From Callorhinchus milii (Eukaryota), in the NCBI RefSeq assembly GCF_018977255.1, contig NW_024704742.1:25670001-25734000 (forward strand): a stretch of 64,000 bases of DNA, in the 5' to 3' direction. A program made the translations under genes and the position numbers. Positions within the stretch are counted from its first letter, which is position 1. The number at the start of each line of letters is the position of its first letter. The notes under the pieces are model-generated. The model was not told the origin of the DNA and ran no database searches. It saw nothing but the letters and a program-made list of their open reading frames with translations. Positions 1 through 10,899 of the stretch are shown here, in pieces.

Positions 1-190
1 AAACACCTATGTTGAGTTCATCGACTTCTGCCAGGCTTTCAACCCAATGCCTCATGAAGCCCTCATGATGAAACTGGAAACCATGTGAGTACATGGCCAA
101 ATCTTGAACTTTATCTGGAATAAGTATTCCAGTTCAATTTAAAGGTCGACAGTGGATTCACTGAGCCCATCCCTCCTGAAAGGGTGGTAA
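1..190 (+). mobile_element. Degenerate non-LTR retrotransposon reverse-transcriptase fragment
   Basis: Translates from position 2 as NTYVEFIDFCQAFNPMPHEALMMKLETM*VHGQILNFIWNKY, then after a frameshift KVDSGFTEPIPPERVV. This matches the DFxKAFDxVxH...RGVxQG RT region. Clade not determined. Confidence 0.75.
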
Positions 191-1486
191 GCCTTAATGT
201 GTAGGTGGTCCAAGCTGGACAAACAGTGGGAAAGCTTGCCAGACAGCAATATCAGTGACAAGCTATGTGGGTTTAACTGGTTAAACTCCTTTCACCCACT
301 TAGATCTGGCACACTCTGGGGTCCCCAAGCCTTGGCTCTTGCCAACCTGTGCCTAATACTTTCCGGAATTAGTAAGCAGGATGCATCCAGGCAGAGAGCA
401 TGCATGCCATTCAAATGAATATCTCTGGAGTTTCCATGTATAGGTAGGATGAATGGAATTCTCAGTTTGGTTTGGATACTCTTAAGCATGATGATGGGTT
501 TCCACATGCGTCGGACACCTGGCTGACCAAAAATAGACAGTCACTCATTGATACAGGACATGATTTGGGTTAGTTTTCTCATTCACATGCAACAGAAAGC
601 TTTTGTTAAGTGGAGGATGGACCAATAATTGACAATATCTATGTAGAAACATGATTTATTTATAAAGACAATATATGGGATTTGACAGTAAAATATGTGG
701 TTGTCAATTTTTGTTAAAAAGCACTGGGATCGAGAAACAGGGTTTGCGAAGGTTGCCATCAGGAATAATTATTACATCACTCCACAAGGATCTATTTTAG
801 CACCTGTTCAGATCCTGCTTGACAAACAATTCCTCTCGAGCAATTAGAAATTGAACTTGTGAACTCAATTGTACCACAGAGTTAGTTGGTAAGTACCTGT
901 ACCACCTCACATATGCCTGTCCTGAAACTCTCACAAGCTACAGAGAATGAACTTATGGTGTACTTTTCAGCACAAATGCTGATAATAGACACCAGTTTGG
1001 TAATGATCACTACAAGTGATTCACAATATCATGACCTTCTGGAGGCATAGTTCTATGAGGGCAATGTATAACCTGCAACATAGAGGAAACCAGAGCCCTT
1101 TCATCTGACATCAAATGAGGAGAAATATATCTGAGGCCATTGTTTCTGGACCTGGCATCAAAGTGACTGGTTGAAGCAGGTTATTGATTAGGACATGTCC
1201 TTGGAACCTAGTGTAGCTTTAAGTAACATGAACTCACCTTGCAGATCTCAGACTGCAACAGACCATCAGGCTATTTTTTTCAGTCTGCTGCCCAGTGCTC
1301 TGGGATATATTTCACTGAATTGCAATCAGATACCCTGGGCTACATCCTCATGAGTCTTCAGCCACTATCTTGGCTGCCCAAGATGATGGTCTTTAGTAGG
1401 ACACTAGCATGTCCTCAGTAAAACTTTGAATTAGGAATAGCCATTGTGAATAGCCTGAAAGCATCAGTGATGTTCAAAATGAAACT

Positions 1487-1800
1487 TGGCTGACCTGGTA
1501 GCACTCTCACCTCAGGATCAGAAGCCTGTGGGGTCTAGACTGGAGCTCATAGTTCACTGATATTTCACTGACACTCCAGTGGGGTACTGCTGTACTGTTG
1601 ATGGTGGCGTCCTTCAGATGACAAACTGAGATCTCGACGTCAATGATTTTATGACATTATTCAATAGGAGAAGGGAATTTCTCCTAGTCTCCTTGCCAAC
1701 AATCCTCTGGATAAATTTCTCAAGGCTCTTTGTGGGATTTTGCTGTGTGTAAAGGGATTTTTAAGTTTGCCTACATAAAGCAGTTACTACACTTGACAGT
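1487..1800 (+). mobile_element. SINE family B (tRNA head + Meta/Deu-like body, SacSINE1-like), degenerate
   Basis: ggtagcactctcacctc head, then gacactccagtg...ccttcagatg, and tttgtgggattttgctgtgtg (Deu-like). Confidence 0.75.
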
Positions 1801-1810
1801 AACTACTATA

Positions 1811-2141
1811 TAATAATAATTTGATTATCATTTGATATAGCACCTAATCACAACTTCAAGATGACTTAAAGTGATTCACAGAATATACTGTAAAGTGAAT
1901 TGACTGTACATTTTGTGTGCAAAACGTGGTAGACAATTGCACACAGCATTGTCCCACAAGCAGTTGTGGATTGAGTGACCAATTTATCATTATTTTTTTA
2001 AAAAACAATTTGAATTTATTACCCCCAGGAAAGCAATCCGCCAATCGACTAACAACTGGGTTCCTACTTACTGCAAGGGAATCAAACCTAGGTCCTCTCA
2101 TTTGCCAGGTGTGTGCTCTAACCACTAAGTTTCAGGTCTCC
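1811..2141 (-). mobile_element. SINE family A, long subfamily (tRNA-Ala-like head, CORE-like, Deu 3' part, L2 tail)
   Basis: Aligns by eye to other copies (4906, 17700, 20508). (ATT)n tail. Confidence 0.9.
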
Positions 2142-2857
2142 ACAAAGCTCTTTGAAATATATTGTGAGTGCAACCTTCTTGGAACACCCTTACCCCAGTT
2201 GATTAAAGGTTCACTGCTATGGAAATACAGTACACCAAGCTTCCAGCCCTAAAAAATATCTGACTTCAGATTTCTGCTTATGTCGCTTCAGAAGGAAGTG
2301 ATGTCAGTGGTGACCTGATGATCTGGAAATAATAATAAAATAATAATAATTCTTGTATTTGATATAGCCCCTTATTATGTCGATGAGACGTCTCAAAGTG
2401 CTTCATAGTATATACTGTAAAGTGGATTGACATTGTATTTGTGGATGAAATTTCAGAGGGTGAAACATTTTTTTTTATTCCTGGATACTATAATGCATAA
2501 AGCAGGAAAAAGAGAGGTTCAGTGATTTAATTCTTATGCTCTTACGATTTCTGGTGAGTATGTTGTTCAGGTTCTCCTGCATCCAAATCTATCTGTTATC
2601 ACTGTTCCCTCATTTGATCCCCAAACTGTTAGATTGACATCAACACCTATACATTCAATATGGATTCCTTCCGAATCTAACTATGCAGTTTCATACTTCC
2701 ATTCAAAAAAACTCACCTAGAGTACTCTCTGAAGTCCTGTTCAGAGGAGGCTGTACAAGTGCTCTGGGATGCCACCAGCATGAAGTGCGCTATATAAATG
2801 CAAATTGTTGTTGTTGTTGTTGCATTAGTTTTGCTGAAAGAGTCAGTTAGTATTAAA

Positions 2858-2992
2858 CAAAACACAAAATACTCCAGATGCTGGAAATCTGAAACAAATG
2901 AGGGTTGTGGGGAACACTCAGCAGGTCAGGCAGCGTCTAAGGAGAAAGGAAAGTGAGTCAACGTTTCGAGTCCATGACCCTTCATCAGAACG
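2858..2992 (-). mobile_element. Penelope-like element terminal-repeat fragment
   Basis: Minus strand reads ctgatgaagggtcatggactcgaaacgttgac...gacgctgcctgacctgctgagtgttcccc...gatttccagcatctg, the typical fish PLE terminal signature (recalled, not searched). Confidence 0.75.
2954..2992 (-). ncRNA. Minimal type I hammerhead ribozyme motif (PLE-type)
   Basis: CUGAUGA-(A)-stem II GGGUC/GACUC-GAAA-palindromic AACGUU. Stem I is weak (GUU/GAC). Confidence 0.6.
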
Positions 2993-3088
2993 TTCTCGAG
3001 TCTACCATTAGATCATGGCTGATTTTTACCTCAACTTCAATATTTGTGAAATCTGTCCAGAAAGAGTACCTAATTGTAGGAGAGAAGT

Positions 3089-3880
3089 AACAACAACAAC
3101 AACAAAATTACATTTGTATAGCACCTTCCAAGTCGGGAAGACGTCCCAAGGCACTGGACAGTCAGTGTTTCAGACCTGAGCTGTGGGTCATAAGACCATA
3201 AGGCCATAAGACGTAGGACCAGGAGTAAGCCATTCAGCCCCTCGAGCCTGCCCCGCCATTTAATAACATCATGGGTGATATTCTAACTTAATTCCATTTA
3301 CCTGCCCTATTCCCATATCCCTTAATCCCTCTATCCTTTAGACATCTATTAACCTCAGTCTTGAATATATTCAAGGACTGAGCATCCACAGCCTTCTGGG
3401 GTAGAGAATTCCACAAATTCACTTCCCTCTGAGTGAAGAAGTATCTCCTCAACTCAGTTCGAAAGGGCTGACCCTTAATCTTGAGACTATGACTCCTAGT
3501 TTTAGATTCTCCAACCAGGGGAAACAGTCTCACAGCATCTTCTCTGTCAAGACCCTTAAGAATCTTATAGGTTTCTATAAGATCACCTCTAATTCTTCTA
3601 TATTCTTGAGAATTGGGGAGGGTGGAGGGCAGGGAAGAAGCAGGGAGATCGAAAACATGGTCGAAGAGGAGCGGCTTGAGATGGGTGTTGAAGGAGGCAA
3701 GGGAGGGGTCCCGGTGGAGGGACTGTGGGATGGAGTTCCAGAGGATAGGGGGCAGAGTGGCTGAAGGCCCGCCCGCCAATGGTGGGGCTGGCAAGGTGGG
3801 GGCTATGAAGCGGCAGGAGCCCCTGAGCGGAGGGAGCCAGCAGGTTGGTAGGGGTTTAGGAGGTCACAGAGGTAGCGGGG
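3089..3880 (-). mobile_element. L2-clade LINE 3' end, split by a CR1 insertion
   Basis: (TTG)n tail and 3' stem-loop. ORF2 end LWNSIPQSL...SFNTHLKPLLF. The two halves rejoin to match the intact copy at 19339-19531. Confidence 0.85.
3190..3608 (-). mobile_element. CR1 LINE 3' end (young subfamily)
   Basis: EYRRIRGDLIETYKILKGLD...TRSHSLKI...FFTQREVNLWNSLP, with an 8-bp tandem tail (ATAAGACC on +). Confidence 0.95.
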
Positions 3881-4905
3881 TGTGCCTCCTAACAGGAAGA
3901 CACACCGAGAATAAAGGCAAGAGAGGGAGAGAACTGGACATGAAGCCTATCTTTTAAAGATACCTGGACTGTGACATTCTGAAATCATGTATGAATTATT
4001 GGTAATCCCGGGTTTGATTTATTTTTCTTTTCCTTTATACCTTTTACTAAATCTAATACACTCTGCCGTATTACACCTTGGTTTACCATTGTCTGTTCTC
4101 GGCCAATCTGAGCTTGCCCATTTGTATCTGTAGGAAGTAAATGCACTCTGCAAGGGCCCGAGAGGAGCGAACCTGGGTACACATGAAAGTGGTCGCCCCA
4201 TTTGAAAGTAATTGGGTTACTGAGGACATTCAATGAAGCTGAAACCAGACAATGCACTTTGAATACCAAGCCCATATTCTTTCCATTACAGCATCAAGCG
4301 ATAAGAAAGTTCCAGGTCTGAGCCTTATGACTGCCTAAAGGATAAGGTCGAGGGAGGTGTGAAGCTGCAAAGGGAAGTGACGTGAAAGAAATATAATATG
4401 AGGAATGTAATAATAATGAGGAAAATTAAACATTTTAGCAATTATCACCTACGATTACCATGTAAAGGCAATATTGCATTTCAGGGATCGAAGAAAAAAT
4501 GGGATTAAACTTTAAAAACTGGGACACAGGTGCAAACATTGTTACGTTCGAGCTACTTAGTTTGGACACCGCCTGTTTGCTGACACGCAAGTGATTGTGT
4601 CAGGTTCAGGCCTAGACATGATGTAGATTTGGAGCGTTTTTTTTAGGTCACTTAAAGTATATTTAGAGTGGGGGAAAAAAATATTTTACTGCCTACTTTT
4701 GTGCTCTTTATTCCCTGAAAATTACATTTTACAGTTTCCTTTTTTAAAATGACGTTTTTTTCAATATTCTCTCTCAGCCCAAAAACAGGAAGAGATTTCA
4801 ATAGAGATACCCAGAGAGAGAATGGGAAAAGTACAGAGAATGAAGGGGAGAGGTGGGAGGGAGAAGAAGACGATGAAAAAAGAGAGTAAGAGCGAGGGAA
4901 GGATA

Positions 4906-5255
4906 ATAATAAATAATAATAATCCTTGCCTTTGATATAGTGCCTTATCAAAGCGCTTCACCAAATATACTGTAAATTGAATTGACTGTATATTTTGTGG
5001 GTGAAACGCGGCAGTCAATTGTGCACAGCAGTGTCCCACAAACTGTCGTGGATTGAGTGACCAATTGATTATTTTTTGAAGAAATTATTACCCCTGGAAG
5101 AGCGATCCTCCAAGCGACTAACAACCAGGTTCCTACTTACTGCTACAAAGGTGTGTGGAGTGAGGAAACTTGCCCAATGTTTCACCCTGCCAGGTATCGA
5201 ACCCAGATCTCTCACTTGCCAGGCAAGTGCTCTAACCACTGAACTACAGGAGTCC
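4906..5255 (-). mobile_element. SINE family A, long subfamily
   Basis: Box A/Box B head, gtaagtaggaacc segment, Deu-like block, (ATT)n tail. Confidence 0.92.
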
Positions 5256-6144
5256 ACAGGACAGGGAGAGTGAGGGAGACAAGGGGCAAGGAGTCTGAGA
5301 AAGTGGAAAGAGACAGAGGGGCAAGGCAAAGGGAAAGAGGCAGAGGGAGAAATGCAAAGAATGGGAAGGAGGGAAAGTTGGAGATGGAAGAAGTCTGAGA
5401 GAGAGAGGATTGGAGTCACTCCATCTGTTTTCTCTGCCCATATACCCAGTCGCCTGCCAGGTCTCTCTCTCTCTCTTAAGCAAGGCCTCCAAACAGGCAT
5501 GACTTGGATTTGGCACATGCCTCACTTTACTGCTTCTAAAAGAAAAAAACACAACCACAACAGGAGAGTCTACAACAGTTTTTTTTATATATGGCATTAA
5601 AACCGTTGCAAAATAGTTCAATTAAAAATAATAATAATCCTGTCCAAAGTGCTTACCTGAAATGACACCTTCAGTGATTGGCTCCATATCAAGATGATGT
5701 GGATTCATTGCAACTGATTGAAAGTTTCAACATTCTCAGCTTTGTGCTTAACTTTCATCTTGCTCAGTAGTAAGAGAGGCTTGATCCTGGGAGGGACTTA
5801 TTTGTGTGACATTAATGTCATTAACATTTAGCTGGGCTATTAATGTGGTGCATTGCTGAAGCCAGTATAAAGGTGTTGAAAATAGTGCCCGCAGCACCAT
5901 GGTAACAGACAGCTTTTATAATCTGACCGTGAACTAATGAAGCTGTGTGTGCCTGACAGATCGGCATTTGAACAAACAGAGATTGGGCAACTCACAGCAC
6001 GTGGGTCCAGCTCTGGGATTCTGGCAAAGACAAAGGACTAGCTTTGTACTGTAATTGTGCGTTTATAGTGTTATTTTGTTTTCCTCCTTGGCTCCAGAGC
6101 TAATATCTCACTGTGCGAAGAAAAAAAATTGCAATGAATTAAAC

Positions 6145-6295
6145 GTTTCGGCCAGGTTGGACTCCTGATCTGCTGAAATTATCTGATCTCAGTTCGGATG
6201 GCGCTAGAAGCGTCGTCGTTGGCCTCAGCGCCCTGGGACAGGGAGGGGAAGAAAATCAGCCATGGTTCCTGCTCCTGATTGCTGTTTTGTGACAA
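6145..6295 (+). mobile_element. Old SINE-like family C, 5' portion
   Basis: tgatctcag...ttggcctcagcgccctgg is similar to the reverse complement of 28060-28180. Confidence 0.5.
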
Positions 6296-6549
6296 TTATG
6301 TGATATTTATCACGTTTAATGGGTTCCACAGACGCCGCTCTCAATGATCATCTCCAAGAGGCTGGGTCTGTGACGATGGACTTCCAGCTCATGGATCAAG
6401 GCCTTTGGCAGTTGTTGAGTGGGAGTTTGGCATCGTCAAGATTGTCGTTAGTAAAAACTTGGTAACTCGCTTACCAGAAGGTGAAAATGTCCAGAAGCCA
6501 GAAGTGAACACCACACGCCTGGCTTCTCAGACTGTAGACTGAGAACAGC

Positions 6550-6581
<32 letters not shown>
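6550..6581. repeat. (TAA)n microsatellite
   Basis: About 10 perfect TAA units. Confidence 0.95.
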
Positions 6582-6583
<2 letters not shown>

Positions 6584-7324
6584 TCAGGAGAATGTTGGAG
6601 AGGGAGGAAGGATATCCCCTCCAGCCCATTCAATATGATAAATATATTACATTACAGTTCCCTCCGATCCATTCAATATGAACCCCAATATAATATTACA
6701 TTCCTTTGATATAGTGCCTTTCATGTCAGGAGGATATCGCAAATATTTCTGGTTGCAGAAGTGATATACTCCATTGCACCAGGCATCGCTCAGTATTCAG
6801 TGCGGCTTTTGAGGATGGGTAGGGGAAGGGTTAATAATAATAACGCAATACTTGCATTTAAAAGAGTGCTTTATTACTTTGAAATGTCTCAAAGTATTCA
6901 ACATAAAAATAATCCTTACAGTTGGTTCAGCACCTTTCACGTCAAGAGAACGTCCCAAAGCGCTTCACAGGTTATATTGTAAGAAGTGGAGAGTTTTGTG
7001 GACAAATCCAGCAGCCACTCAGTGAATGGCCAGGAAACCAGGAGAAACTCCCTTCTCTTTATGTATGTAAGCAAACACAGCACTCAATCTACACCAGCAA
7101 AGTCTCGCAGATTACAAAGGGATGAATGACCAATTAAGCTGAAAGATTTACGGCCAATTTGGCTGAAGGAGGAATATTGGCTAAGACACCTTTACATATA
7201 TAGAGAAGCATAAGGAAACTGAAAGATCAAAGATGTAAAGATTTAAAAAACGGAAATTAAGGAAAAGAGTAAAAATGGGGATCAAAATAACACAAACAAA
7301 CAAACAAACAAATAAATAAATAAA

Positions 7325-7645
7325 AATAATCTTTGATTTTCATTTGGCAGCTTATCACGTTGTTGCGATGCCTCAAAGCACTACACACGGTTTATTATGA
7401 AGTGCAGTGACTGCATATTTGTGGGCAAATGCCACAGCCAATTTTTGTGCATTGCAAAACCCCACAAATAACCATGAAATGAAAGATCAGTTTTATCTGG
7501 GAGAATGTAGCCGAGGACATCGGGAGAAACTCATTTCATTCTCTGAATAGCCCCATGACCTTTAACAAACACCTGAACAGCCAGAAGGGACCTTCGGACC
7601 TCTTCCAACAATGCAGTGTGCCCCCAGCATTGAATTGGAGAGTCA
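7325..7645 (-). mobile_element. SINE family B, degenerate
   Basis: Deu-like (cccacaaataaccatg), Meta-like (ctttaacaaacacctgaacag) and tail. Confidence 0.7.
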
Positions 7646-7650
7646 CGTGA

Positions 7651-8850
7651 CAACTTGCACTTATGCAGGGTAGCATCTCAGAGCACTTAAAAGTGGGGAA
7701 GCCTGACTCCGAGTCGGGTGGGGAGAACGGGACGGATGGGGGGGAGATGACCATAAGCATGGTCGAAAAGGAAGCTTTTCAGGCAGGTCTTGAAAAAGGG
7801 GAGAGAACAGGCAAGGCGGAGGGATTGAGGGAGTGTTCCATGGTTTTGGGGCATAGTAGCTGAAAGCACAACCTTCAATGGTGGAGCGGAGGGTGCGAGG
7901 GACGAACAGGAGGCCGGTGCCAGTCGAGCAGAGGTGCCGGGTGGTGGATTGGGGAGTGAGGAAGTCAGAGAGGGAGGGAGGTGCCAGGGAGTGAAGGGAT
8001 TTGAACACGAGCGTGAGGATCTATTCAGTAATGGGGAGTCAGTGGAGCCTGGCCAGAACTGGTGAGATGGGGGTACGGAGTTTGGTCCGGGTAAGTATCG
8101 GGCAGCAGAGTTTTGAATGAGCTGGATTTTTTGAATAGTAGAGCTGGGGAAACTGACGAGGAGTGCATTTGAGTAATTCAAAGGGGAGGTGACAAACACA
8201 GAACCCAAACCATGCGAGTGCAGTCCCACTAAGGTGGATGCGGCAAGAGAGGTGATGGAGGAGGATGGCATGGTCAACTGTGTCGAACACGGCAGAGAGA
8301 TCCAAGAGGACGAGGCAGAGGGAGCCCTGGTCACAGATAGAGAGGCCGTTGTTTGTGACTTTGACAAGCGTTGTCTCTGCTGTGGGCAGGGCGAAAACCA
8401 GACTGCAGGGGCTCGAGGAGGGAGTGGAGGGAGAGGTGTGACCGAAGTTGACCTGCAACTTCGTTCCAAGACTTTATCAAGGAAGGGTAGGTTAGAAATG
8501 GGTTGGTGGTGTGAGAGATTAGCTGGATCGAGGGAGGGTTTTTTGAGGAGGGGTGTGATGACAACGGTTTTCAGGGGGTGTGGAACAGAGCCTGAGGAGA
8601 AAGACTGATTGACTGTGTCAGCTAGCAGTGGGGAGAGGAAGGGGATTTGAGTGACCAGCAGTTGGGTGGGGAGAGGGTAGAGGCAACAGATGGTGAACTT
8701 CATGCAGGTGATCGCGGTTGAGAGGGAGGAGGGAGAAATGGGGCAAAGGAATGCAAGGAAGGGGGAGTGGCAGGAGCCGTGGCGGAAGGAGAAGGTGGTG
8801 TGGATGGTCTGGGTGGGGTGGAAGTGGATGGGGGGGAGAGGATGATGCAG
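7651..8850 (-). mobile_element. L2-clade LINE, ORF2 RT and C-terminal remnant with internal deletion
   Basis: PLLKKPSLDP..PISNLPFLDKVLE; ETTLVKVTN..LVLLDLSAVFDTVDHAILL; LNYSNALL..QLIQNSAAR. Frameshifted. Confidence 0.93.
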
Positions 8851-9329
8851 CTAAGTGGACTGGTTCTAATTCAGATGCAAGCCAGGCTGACACCCGAAAA
8901 GAAAAGACAGATAAGGTATTGGGCTTTTCTGTAGGCAAATGATTCAACGGAAAATTAAGCAGTATTATTTCATTTGGAACATAGAACTAGAGATTATTCT
9001 ATGAATAGTTCTATAAGTTGGTGAACAAAACATCCTTCCCCAGATTTTTCCCGCTGTATCATTGCACCCATGCCATCCACAGTCCTAGCATATTGGCACT
9101 TTGTGTATACAAACCATCAGCGGGCTGATAGAAAGAGAATAAATGGGATATCAAAGTGTACTCAAGCTTTTTTCCATTGGTTGGAGGAGTCTCGATGTTG
9201 AGACCTCTTTACACTCTTCATACTGCTGATGTGGCTCGGGCTTGCTCTAGTGTTGTGTGTCAATGGTTCTAATGGCTTCTCAACTATGTTTCATGCTGAG
9301 ACAAGAGGTGGAGGTTTTAAACAGGTAAA

Positions 9330-9525
9330 AGCAAATAGCATCAATGTATTTAAGAGAAAATTTGATGCATAGATAAGGGAGAAGGGAATAGAGGGGTTTA
9401 GGTGAGCTTGGGAATAACAGGAATGGAGGCTTGTGAGGAGTATAAACACCGGCACGGATTAGTTGGGCCAAATGGCTTGGTTCTGTACTGTATTATTCTA
9501 TGTATTATTATGTATTATTCTATGC
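9330..9525 (+). mobile_element. CR1 3' end, old
   Basis: tttaagagaaaatttgat...gggccaaatggcttggttctgtactg followed by an ATTCTATGT-type tail. Confidence 0.7.
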
Positions 9526-9565
9526 AGCTCTGATTCACAGTCAGCAAATACTGGAACGATCACTA

Positions 9566-9800
9566 CAACAACTTGCATTTATATAGTGCTCCTCACACAG
9601 AGCGCTTGACAGTGGTGGAGCATGATGCCGAGCCAGGGGGAGAGGGGAGGTGACAGTAGGCATGGTCAAAGAGGAAAGACTTCAGGCACGATTTGAAGAT
9701 AGGGAAGGAAGGGGCAAGGCAGCGGGGTAGAGGAAGAGTATTCAAGAGCTTTGGGGCTTAGTGGCTGAAAGTGTGGCCACCAATAGTAGAACAGAGGATG
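9566..9800 (-). mobile_element. L2 3' end
   Basis: caacaacttgcatttatatagtgc tail. Homologous to 50952-51200. Confidence 0.8.
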
Positions 9801-9997
9801 GTACCCACTACAACTGTGCCGGCATTTTGAGGTCCTATATCAACTGCAAGGGTTGTTATTACTATTATTACATCTTGTAGTGAAAGAAAAATGTTCTCAA
9901 CTTTACACCCCAAAAATAGAGGGGAGAACGTATAATTTCAATTCAACGGACAGGCTCAGTATGGATAACATTTTTATCCCTCATTATCAAAGCTGGA

Positions 9998-10307
9998 ATA
10001 ATAAATATAATTCTTGCATTTGATATACTGCTTTTCAAATCTTCTAGACATCTCAAAGTGCTTCACAGAATATACTGTAAAGTGAACTGATTATATAGTT
10101 GTGGTTGAAACGCAGCAGCCAATTGCACACAGCAGTGTCCCATAAACAGTCGTGGATTGAGTGACCAAATTATTATTTTATCTTTTCTTGGATTATTATC
10201 AGGCATTTGGAGTAAGGACACTTGTCCAAGGTTTTGCCCTGCCGGGAAACGAACCCAGGTGTCTCGCTTATGAGGCGAGTACTCCAACCACTGAGCTACA
10301 GGACTCC
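9998..10307 (-). mobile_element. SINE family A, short subfamily, full length
   Basis: Head GGAGTCCTGTAGCTCAGTGG...GGTTCG; lacks the gtaagtaggaacc segment. Confidence 0.92.
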
Positions 10308-10512
10308 GAATGTAACATATTGCTCTGTACCTTTGGATTGATTACAGATTCTAGTTTTGACAAAATGTTATTAGTTTACAGAACTAATCAGTTATCTGAC
10401 TTTAGATAAAGCACCTCCATTGTACAAAAATGTTGGAGCTTTGTGAGTTAGTTTTGTAGGGCTTGCTCCACCTATATGGGAGTTGGGGGGGGTAGGTTGA
10501 GGAATGCAGCAT

Positions 10513-10665
10513 GTGATATTATCACTGACAAAAAGCACAGTCAATAGTTACCACTGTTCTCCAGGTCACCCTAGGGATTCAAGGCCAGGGGTAACCTTTG
10601 GTTGATTTGCAGATTTCAATGGCAATTTTAATCAGTATGATAATAGCACCGGTGATAACGTTACA
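10513..10665. mobile_element. Palindromic MITE-like family 2
   Basis: cagtcaatagttaccact arm and gataatagcaccggtgataac arm, shared with 53138 and 57810. Confidence 0.55.
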
Positions 10666-10899
10666 AGTCACATTCATTTTCTCCCACACGGCTTCAATGC
10701 TCAATGGATGTTGTCGGTGTCATATCGCAATCTAATCGGCATCATGCGGGAGTCGTTTTTGATTCAGAAGTGCCACCTTTCCAGCTATTCCAGTCAAGTG
10801 CTCTGGGACGCTGCCCTGCTTGAGGGGCGCTAGATAAACGCAAGTTGTCGTTGTTGTGATTGTCAATGACAATTACGCCTCATGCAACCTTAGCGCCAA

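Noticed and set aside
5892..5910. REST/RFX-like cagcaccatggtaac
   Set aside because: Only half-site matches for either factor.
7687..8703. 338-aa ORF
   Set aside because: Frameshifted L2 ORF2 remnant, only partly in the RT frame.
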